A stretch of 64,000 nt of DNA, taken from contig NW_024704743.1 in NCBI RefSeq assembly GCF_018977255.1, positions 12,216,001-12,280,000 on the forward strand, given 5' to 3'. Each line of letters starts with the position of its first letter. Position 1 is the first letter of the stretch. This DNA is from Callorhinchus milii. Its lineage: Eukaryota. Positions 55,500 to 64,000 of this stretch are shown here, one piece after another. The notes under the pieces are model-generated. The model did not search any database, had not been told where the DNA came from, and was given only the letters and a program-made list of their open reading frames with translations. Made by a program: the position numbers and the translations under genes.

Positions 55500-56324
55500 T
55501 GTCACGGTTACCCTGTTTTTGCAATCCTTAGTAATGAGTAAAATTATATGTATTATTTAAGGGAAATGGGGAGACCTGTCCCTTTAATTAAGAATCTGTT
55601 TGAGAAACTGCTTGCAAAAGATTTGGTTCCAGAAGCTGTGTGCAAAAGACTTAGCAATCAGCATAAGTTGCTAAGTTACTTACAGCATAAGAGCCCAAGT
55701 TCCAACAATATCTCGGCTCAAAACTGTTTAATTGACAGGCAGTTAACAAGCAGCCTGGAAAGTCACGTGAACACTCGCGCGGGAAAAAGCCACTTACATT
55801 CACATCATGGTGAGGTGGAGCCACATGTCTATAAAAGGCAATGCTCGTCGTTCATCGTCACGAGCTAATGGTCGTCATCTGGTACATACTGACATCAAAG
55901 GACTATTGTACTGTCAGTTAGTTGAAGCCTCTTTACTAATGTAGTACTGTGCTGCTAGTTATATAGTTATGTGTGTTAGTTATATTTGATCCCATTGTTG
56001 TTTATCTTAAATTGTTGTATTCCTTACATGCAAGATATTCTGCTGAATGTATCCTCGAACCTCCGTAATATTCTAAAATAAGAAAAGCAGTAAGCACTTA
56101 GAGAGTAGCTGTTGACATCGGAGTTCTGGTAGTGCTAGCATACTCGAATTAGATATTCCAGTTATCAGGCTGTTAAATTGGAATACTAGTCTGAGTGTCT
56201 AATTCTGATTTGGTTGAGCCTTTGAGCAGTGACTCACACTGACAGGGAGGGTTAGAAAGTGTGAAGTCACTTAATACAAAAATTTTACTAAAATTCGCAA
56301 GTACAAGGAGTGAGAACCATCGCA
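55500..56324 (+). mobile_element. 5' LTR of the provirus (~825 bp)
   Basis: Starts TGTCACGGTTACCCTG, repeated at 63312; ends CA two bases before the PBS; TATA box TATAAAAG near 55830; E-box CACGTG and E2F-like CGCGGGAAAA upstream. Confidence 0.85.
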
Positions 56325-56326
56325 CT

Positions 56327-56343
56327 TGGCGACAACGTGGGGC
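56327..56343 (+). promoter_or_regulatory. Primer-binding site, tRNA-Lys1,2 type
   Basis: TGGCGACAACGTGGGGC(TCGA) versus canonical Lys1,2 PBS TGGCGCCCAACGTGGGGC: one substitution, one deletion. Confidence 0.85.
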
Positions 56344-56439
56344 TCGAGGACATTGACGTAGAACTTCAGAATTTATTTCTACTGGAGTATAAGAATAAGA
56401 TAATGGTAGATGCAGCAAGCGACCGGGACAAATTACTAA

Positions 56440-57985
56440 CATGCAACATTCGATGAAGCATACAGGGCGAACCCACTGAGAAACACTCGGGGAATGGCTA
56501 TATGAATGAGGAGTAGCTACTACACACTCAGTAACTGAAGAGAATCGGGGTCATTAGCGTGAGAAAACGTAATGAGTCTGACCCAGGAATAGAATATTTG
56601 GAATATGGAGATTGGGATAGGCCTCCGAACTGAAGGAATTGAAATGTTAGGATTGGCCCAAAGAAGTAATTCTGACTACAGTAACAGAAGTAGAGAGGGA
56701 GTGAATGCTTTGTTGCAGCTGAGAGAGCTCATAAGGTTAACCGACCCAAATAAGAAAATCAAATTAAAACTGACCTCTACCCGAGTGAGCAGTACAGACA
56801 AAACTATACCTGACTCTTTACAGCCCATTATTGTGGTTCGAGAACGGGGATCACCGGCTAGCTCAGAGACAAGAAGATCCTATGTGGAGGGTCCTTGGCG
56901 CACTGTGTGGGATATCAATAGAGAAAAAGTTTAGAGTTTGTATGAGGTACCGAGAGTACCAGCAGTGAAAGAGTGTGCGGGGATAGTTGTAGAGACCACA
57001 TGGGAGGAGGCCACAAAGCAAAATTGGGAGGGATACCTCACAAAAGTACTCACTCAGTTCAAAGCCAGGGAAAAAGGGACCAGCGGAACATCTGATAATT
57101 GGTTCTGCTCCACAATTAAGAGCAGACCTGTTTCTGTATTTAAATAATGGTGCAGACTATCTCCTAAAGGCAGAAATGGGAGCAGCAATCTTCTCCTTGG
57201 CATCGGGGCTAACAGCAAGAATACATTTAACTCAGAAATATAGAGAAAGTGCAAAAAATGCAACACAGGTTTTTGAGCCACAGAAAACAAATGCTTTCAG
57301 AAAAATATGAAAATAAAGTAACTGAAATAAATATAGCTTTGCAAGAAATGCAGGCTGAGGTGCTGAGTTTGTCTAATCAACTTCTGCCAGTAGAAGAAAT
57401 TATAGTCCAATTAAGGTTAGACGAGGCAGGGCAGCTGTACCAAATAACAGAATTAAAGAGAAGAGCCTCCCAAACGAGAGACTGGGAGTTTTGATGGGCG
57501 CGAATTGCATGCGGGAAAGCACCCATGTGGCAAATGATAATGGCGTACAGCTGGGGAATCACTCACACACAGAAAGTGTGCTAAGGCTTAAATCCTTGAC
57601 AGGGACTTTGCCTGAATTCAAAGTAGTTGAAAGCTGGTTGGATTCAGTGATATCAATAGAAAAGTTGGTAGTTTTACAGAGTAAAACTGCCGTGCAGATT
57701 CATTTGCAATCAGTAGTTAACAAACGCTGAAGGCACCTGATCAACCCCGAGTGGGATAGTTTGGTCATGGCACTTAGCGAAATTAAGCGGACAGTTGTAC
57801 GAGAAAGAGGGCTTCCAGAGAAAATAGACCAGGTTCTAGCACCCACCTGAGTGCCAGTGTCCCAAATCACCAAACTTTTCAAAAGAGTTCTGGGGAAAGA
57901 TGTTTCTAATGGCACTGGCACCAGATAGAAAAAGTTGTGTTCTTCTGATGTTAATCCACTCTAACCAGGGCACTGGGATGTAATA
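56440..57985 (+). pseudogene. gag: Disrupted 5' ORF/gag region of the provirus, with coiled-coil segment and capsid-like segment
   Basis: Chain of + strand ORF fragments (56605-56934, 56938-57147, 57249-57494, 57491-57730 and beyond) between PBS and protease; heptad-rich KYENKVTEINIALQEMQAEVLSLSNQL; assignment mainly by position. Confidence 0.6.
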
Positions 57986-57989
57986 ATTA

Positions 57990-59170
57990 AGAGGGAGGAA
58001 GAGTGTGCCAGAGTTTCGGAGTGTAGTGGCTGAAAGCGCGACCTCCGATGGTGGGGCGGAGGGCGTGAGGGACAGGCAGCAGACCATTACCAGTCGAGTG
58101 GAGGCACCAGGAGGTGGATAGAGGAGTTAGGAGGTCGGAGAGGTAGGGAGGTGCCAGTTAGTGAAGGGATTTGAACACAAGTGTGAGGATCTTGAAGTTG
58201 ATTCGTTCGGTGATAGGGAACCAGTGGAGCCTGGCCAGAACTGGTGAGACCTGGGAACAGAGCTTGGTCCAGGTCAATGTGGGCAGCAGAGTTCTGACTG
58301 AGCTGGATCTTTTGAATAGTGGAATTGGGGAGACCGGCGAGGTGTTTGAGTAATCCAGGGTGGACATGACAAGCGCATACACGAGGGTTTCAGCTGCATT
58401 TGGGGTAAGGTATGGTTGGAGCCGGGCAATGTGGCGGAGGTGGAAGAAGACAGTCCTGCTCAGGTACCAGATGTGGGGAAGGAAGGACAGCTGGATTGTG
58501 CACTAGTTTGGTGAGTGAGGGAGAGCCCAGGGAGTTCAAATCTGCAGGAGTGAAGATGTTGATGGGAGCCAAGAAATATGGCTTCCATTTTGTCCACATT
58601 CAGCTGCAGGAAGTTTGCACTTATCCAGGCCTTGATGTCTGCCAGACAAGCTGATAGAACATCGGGGGACCTGGAGTTGGTACTGGAGGAGGCAAAGTAG
58701 ATTTATGTATCATCCGCATACATGTGGAAGTTTACCCCGTGTCTGCGATAACATCACACAGAGGGAGCGTATAGATGAGGAAAAGCAGAGGGCCAAGGAT
58801 GGAGCCCTGGGGTACTCTGCAGGTGACCGGGCGGGGGTGGGAGGAGAAACCATTTGCCGAGATGAAACGGAGGCGGTTGGTTAAGCAGGACTCGAACCAT
58901 TTGATTGCGGTCCTACTAAGGTGGATGAGGGAGGAGAGGCGGTGGAGGAGGATGGTGTGGTCAACTGTGTCGATCGCGGCAGAGATCCACGAGGATGAAG
59001 AGGCCAAGGGTACCCTGGTCACAGATAGAGAGGATGTCGTTTGTGACTTTGAACAAGTGCTGTTTCTGTGGGCAGGGCCAAAACCAGACTGCAGGGGCTT
59101 GGGGAGGGAGTGGAGGGAGGGTGTGACCAAAGTTGACCTCCAACAATGCGTTCCAGGACTTTGGCAAAGC
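57990..59170 (-). mobile_element. L2 LINE fragment inserted in proviral gag
   Basis: LQSGF, DTVDHTILLHRL, VPQGSILGPLLFLIY, LARLHWFPITERINFKIL on the minus strand. Confidence 0.9.
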
Positions 59171-59204
59171 AGAGAATTCTCAAATCCCTATGGGTACATG
59201 ATAG

Positions 59205-59400
59205 GACAGTGGCAATCTTCCGGTGAGCGTGAGCTTTGCCAGTCGTCCCCGCATTCCTGTTATTATATGTGGAAAAATTAATAATGCTTTAGTAAACACG
59301 TGGGCGCAGGTAACAGTACTCAGTAAGAATATAGCAAGAGAGGAGCCTGAACGGAAAGGGTGTGCTGGTAGAGGGGGTATGAGGTGAGTTAATACAAATG
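59205..59400 (+). pseudogene. Retroviral aspartic protease remnant
   Basis: Hand translation SRPRIPVIICGKINNALVNTWAQVTVL, read as RP..V.I.G..AL(V)DTGAQVT with the catalytic motif mutated at 59295-59303. Confidence 0.75.
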
Positions 59401-59710
59401 TACGATCAAATGGCTGAGATTACAGATGTAGAGCAATCTGAAGTAATTGCAATGAAAATAGTTGTTCATCCTGAAGAGGATGAATGGAAAATGTGATACT
59501 GGAATGCGACTTTCTTAGAGAGTCGGATCGCCATAAAGTAATAGCAGTATGCATGTGGATGTAAACCCGGCTGAACAGAAGCAGTATATCCACACATAGT
59601 TAGACATAGATGAGCTTTGTAGAGTTTTACAGGTTTGCAGCTGTAGAGCTAATCATAAATTAGACTCCGGTTTAATTCAGCATGAGGTTAGGATACGTGG
59701 AGGGAACCAT

Positions 59711-60029
59711 AATAATAATAATAATCCTTGCATTTGATATAGCGCTTTTCATGTCAGGAGGACGTCCCAAAGCGCTTCACAGAACACACTGTAAAGTGAA
59801 TTGACTGTATATTTGTGGGCGAACGCGGCAGCCAATTGCGCACAGCAATGTCCCACAAACAGTCGTAGATTGAAAATGACCAATTTATTATTGTTTTTGG
59901 TTTTGGAGGGATTATTATTAGGCGTGTGGAGTAAGGAAACTTGCCCAAGGTTTCGCCCTCTGCCTGGAATTGAACTCGGGTCTCTCACTTGCAAAGCGAG
60001 TGCTCTAACCACTGAGCTACAGGACTCCA
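59711..60029 (-). mobile_element. tRNA-derived SINE with ATT tail, inserted in proviral pol
   Basis: A box TAGCTCAGTGG, B box GAGTTCAATTCC, (ATT)n tail; TSD GAACCATAA; near-identical to the copy at 31862-32190. Confidence 0.92.
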
Positions 60030-61560
60030 GAACCATAAACCCGTTCCCCAATACCCCTTACCCAGTGACTCAATCTCTGATCTAAAAAGACAGAGAATTA
60101 GAAAGGAGAGTTATCTGAGAATTAGAAAGGAGAGATATAATTACAAAATGTGAACCTTCAACAAATTCATCTCTTTTGCCAGTGCATAAAGCAGATGGGT
60201 CATGGCAACTAGTTGTAGACTTCCGTCAGTTAAATACTGTTACCGAAACAGCAGTGGGTCATAGCATCCATTTGAGTGGAGATTTAGACAACCTTCCTAA
60301 GGGAAGATACAAAATTACTTTGGATCTAGCTAACAGGTTCTGGAGTGTTCCCTTAGCTAAAGACGATAGGTGGAAAACGGCATTTACATTCCATGGACAG
60401 TAGTTCTATTGGAACCAAATGCCCCAGGGATGGAAATATTCCCCAGCCATCTTGAACAAGTGCCAACAACAAACCGTGATTGGGATCCTGGGTGTCATTT
60501 GTTATGTAGATGATATTTTTTGGGCGGATGATAGTCCAACTGAACACCTTAAGAAATTGGATGGAGTGCTGGAAGCACTCGCTTCTTTGGGGTTCAACAT
60601 AAACCTTAAGAAAAGCCAGATAAGCAGATATAAAGTAGATTTACCTTGGCCACACTGTCTCAGAAGATGGGGTAGGTTTTTAGGAGGGTTATCTAGATAG
60701 AATTAGAAAACTTGTGACTCTTCAAAATAGGAAACCATTACAAGGAATTTGGGGGCTCTGTAACAATGCCAACAATCATGTGCTTAACTATTCTGTGCTG
60801 GTAAAACCTTCATATCAAAGGCTCACAAAGGCAGGGGAGATAGAAGGCAGTGTAGATCTTGACCACGTGCAGCCGGAGCTGGAGACTCTGCAAGATACTG
60901 CTGGCACTTAGAGTCGTTGGTAAGGACTTACTGGTGTCGGTACAAGTGGGTTGACTCCGCAATAGTCAGGGTCTGTCAAGAGGGGGAATTGATTCCTCTA
61001 AAATACATTAGCTTCCAATTCTCTCGAGCCAAAAACAAATTCAACTTCAAGGAAAGCAATCTCTCAGCTGCCACTACAATTTTAGCAAAAATTTGAAATT
61101 TTGCACAGCATGCAGAGAAAATAAAAATTTCAACTGCATGCATCGGCATCAGATTGGCAGCGCAGGGCAGAGGAAAAAGCCAAAAGGCTTCAAGGCCAAG
61201 GTGGGCTCTGTGGGAAGGGCTTTTATAAGACCCCATGGTAGAGTTTCACACTCGGTCAGAAGCAGATTTGGAGTTAGACAGCTTACTGTCTGAAAGCAGA
61301 TCCCCATCGGAAGCGGTTCTTTGGGACCTGGTGGAAAGGTTAATGGTTGTGTATTGCGATGGCTCTTCGCAGGATGTCAAAAGGGTGTTGGCTGGTGCTG
61401 GGATTGTTATCAGTAAATGGACAGCAATGGGTTGGCAAGAGACGGAGAACTGCTCTATCTCCTGCAAAGGTATTTGAGTACAGGCTGCTGAGGTAACTGC
61501 TTTGTTGGAGGCGCTTAAGCTCCTCCTGTCAGATGTAAAGGTGGTTATCATTAGTGATTC
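60030..61560 (+). pseudogene. pol: pol remnant: reverse transcriptase (YVDD), thumb/tether and N-part of RNase H
   Basis: PVHKADGSWQLVVDFRQLN, YKITLDLANRFWSVPL, KTAFTF, MPQGWKYSP, CYVDDI, LQGIWGLCN, KYISFQFSRAKNKF, VYCDGSS...AGAGIV...QAAEVTAL...VIISDS; several stops and frameshifts. Confidence 0.92.
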
Positions 61561-62129
61561 TGTTGTAAGTTGGTTAAAATGGCATAAAAGAAATGCTTAT
61601 GAAGCTTCTTCTCCAATCACGCATCTTAGCACGTAACGAACATACTCGACCCTTGCACATCCTTGTACCCATATCTTCTAGATAAGCAGACTCTTTTGAG
61701 ACAAAGCAGCTTGCTCATTATTCTTCAACACAGGGCATCTTGCTTCTCCCTTCCGAGGTTGGAGCCTGTCTCTGTCTGGTAGAAACTTTTATAAAAACCG
61801 CAGTCCAACTTAAGTAAATTAGTTAACTCCAGAGCATCACTGAGTGGTTGCAGAGAACAATGAAGATTGAAAGCTTGGACAAAGAAGACAGAAGACTGAG
61901 AGCTAGGAAAAACACAAGGCTTGATAGCTTGAAGAACTAAAGTTTGCTTGCTGTAAAGACAAAGAGCTGAACCTGCAACGCTCAGTAGTATTGCTCTGTT
62001 TTATTAAGATAGACGTGATTTTTTTTTATACATGTGTGCATAATTAAAGGTTTGTTTTGATTAAAACATCCTGAGACTCTGACCTGTTGGTATTGCTGAA
62101 TCCGAACCTATTCTGAGTGGTTGCAAACA
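61561..62129 (+). mobile_element. Solo-LTR-like insertion inside the proviral RNase H
   Basis: TGTT...AACA ends, internal TATAAAA near 61790 and ATTAAA near 62043; RNase H reading resumes on the far side; no clear TSD. Confidence 0.6.
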
Positions 62130-62830
62130 GCCTATACGTGTCGAGCCTAAACGGATGACTTAACTAAGTGGGTTGCGGAATATTGGAAAGGGTTTCCCCT
62201 TATGGAAGAACCATAAGAGAAAATCCTTAGTCCATAAGCAGTATTGCCAACAGATTTGCGAGGGGAGAAAAAAACAGAAACCTCTAATCCAAGTTTGACC
62301 CCCGCCTGGACACCAAAAAGATGGTGTGCACAATATTGGCAATAGCCGTGCAGACCTACTCGCTCGTTCTGCATGCTACTTGAACGAGCCACCACAGGCT
62401 GCCAAGGTATCAGTGACATGGGCGGTAAACTGTGATTTTACTTCTAACCCTGAGTAAAAGTTAGCGACATTCCTGGAGTCAGGGCAAATGGAGAAACTTC
62501 CATTCTGGGCCAGAGGCAAAAAGGTTCAAGTGAAGGTGTCCATGTTTTACTGGCAAAGGAAGACTTTAAACCAACTTATTCATTATGATGACACATGAGG
62601 ACCTAGTAGTCTCCAAAATGGAGTAAAAGGGACCAAGGAAATTCTAAGGGAATACTGGTGGCCCAATATCAAAAGGGAGGATAAAACTACATGGTGGGTT
62701 GCATGCAAAATTGTGGAATTCCTAAAACGATAAAAATCCTCATTTCCAGAGGTAAACAGATAACAGTTTCGTTGACCAGGTCAAATAAGTTCAAGTTTAT
62801 CAAACCATTCGAATGTTGGGGAAATAATGG
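62130..62830 (+). pseudogene. pol: pol remnant: C-part of RNase H and integrase zinc-binding region, truncated
   Basis: AYTCRA*TDDLTKW continues RNase H after the insertion; ILREYWWPNIKRE...CMQNC is the integrase N-terminal signature; DDE core not seen. Confidence 0.78.
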
Positions 62831-63300
62831 CATGCAAGACAAGCCCTTTCTCCGGGTTCAGATATTGAGGGATGCGAGAATGCAGGAGCCATTCAAAAAC
62901 TGGACTGTATAAACACCTGGCGGTGACAGTCAAATGCAGTTGTCAAATGTTCAATGGGATCGTCTGGAAATGGTATTCTAAATTCTGGGATTGACCTAAT
63001 GATTATCATCAAAATTGAGTTATAATGAGTGGCTCTGTTATACATAAGAATATGTTTTTTATAGTAATAACTGGCATAAGTCTTTAAAAACATGATAATG
63101 TGTGTACGTTTCTGTCTTCTAGCTGAACTTGAAGTGCATGCGGTTTTCAGACAGACAGACAGAGATCAGCAACAGGCATCCATAAAAAATAATACGACAG
63201 AACAGAAAGTTTTGTGACAGATATTTTGTTGGACTCTTGAATTCTTTCCACCTATAGATTGATAAAAAAAGATGTTATTTTCTGAATATATTGATTATCG

Positions 63301-63565
63301 AGAGGAGGAAATGTCATGGTTACCCTATTTTTGCAATCCTTAGTAATCATAGAATTATACAGCACAGAAGGAGGCCATTCAGCCCATCGTGTTTGTGCCG
63401 GCTTTTTGAAAAGAGCTATCCAAATCAATCCCACTCCCCCGCGCTCTCCCCATAGCCCTGCAAACTTGTCCTCCCCAAATAATTATCTACTTCTCTCTTA
63501 AAAGTTGTTATCGAATCGGCTTCCACCGCCCTTTCAGGCAGACAGAGTAATGAGTAAATAATATA
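63301..63565 (+). mobile_element. Polypurine tract and interrupted start of 3' LTR
   Basis: AGAGGAGGAAA then TGTCATGGTTACCCTATTTTTGCAATCCTTAGTAAT at 63312 (2 mismatches to 5' LTR), resuming GAGTAAA at 63552 after a CR1 insertion. Confidence 0.88.
63348..63545 (-). mobile_element. CR1 LINE 3' fragment inserted in the 3' LTR
   Basis: Same 3' end as CR1 copies at 13626 and 43760; flanked by TSD AGTAAT (63342-63347 and 63546-63551). Confidence 0.88.
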
Positions 63566-64000
63566 CAGTAGAAACCTGGTTTGCAGTCACCTCAGTATTC
63601 CAGCCACCTCACAATTGTGGGCCCATATTCAGTCACTTTCATTGTCTATATTAAAAGATAGTCTGTCTGCTTCAGAAAAATGGGCACCTCACTATTCAGG
63701 ACAATGATCATTGATTGCAGCCACTACAAGCGCCCTCCTCCAGTACAAACACAATACAAACACCCCTCTCCGCTACTAACCTGTACACAGCGCGCTAAGC
63801 CTCAGGCCACTTGCACTGTTTGCTCGACGCTGCTACTGTGGGCGGAATGGGTTCCAGTCGTGCATGCGCGGTGCGTGGAGTGTTGGGATCGTGGAAGCAG
63901 AGCGAGCGGAAAATCAACTTCACCCAGTGCCTAGCACCTAGCCTGAGCTCCTGTGGAGGAGTTTCTACCAGGGACACTGAGGAACAGGACCCCTAGGAGA
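63566..64000. mobile_element. Probable Tc1/mariner-pogo (Tigger-like) DNA element inserted at a TA in the 3' LTR; runs off the window
   Basis: LTR similarity stops at TA|CAGTAGAAACCTG...GTCACCTC, a pogo/Tigger-style terminus; other end not visible. Confidence 0.5.

Larger units (their letters stand above)
55500..63565 (+). mobile_element. Decayed endogenous retrovirus, foamy-like (spuma-related) or lokiretrovirus-like provirus
   Basis: 5' LTR, Lys PBS, gag-like region, PR-RT-tether-RH-IN remnants, PPT and start of a 3' LTR matching the 5' LTR. Confidence 0.88.

Noticed and set aside
59490..59505. CDTG as protease active site
   Set aside because: Better-context protease motif at 59286-59315
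60092..60135. Short direct repeat GAGAATTAGAAAGGAGAG in pol
   Set aside because: Most simply a post-insertion tandem duplication

Overview
Vertebrate genomic DNA, repeat-rich. The L2 + CR1 LINEs, Deu-domain SINEs and ATT-tailed tRNA-SINEs suggest a cartilaginous fish, possibly a chimaera (inference). One complete host gene is recognisable: THAP2 (+ strand, 3 coding exons 37214-37284, 49522-49717, 52404-52721, 194 aa). It has a CpG-rich promoter and a ~6 kb satellite in intron 1. The most notable element is a decayed provirus at 55500-63565+. It has an LTR, a tRNA-Lys primer-binding site, a coiled-coil/gag region, and protease, a YVDD reverse transcriptase, tether, RNase H and integrase N-terminus that closely parallel foamy-virus Pol. 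It is either a foamy-like ERV or a lokiretrovirus-type element and carries five nested insertions. Also seen: a candidate antisense first exon inside THAP2 intron 1, an unidentified multi-copy interspersed repeat, an inverted-repeat pair, solo-LTR-like segments and a decayed coding-like stretch at the window start. Repeat boundaries are approximate and read by eye; no database search was run.
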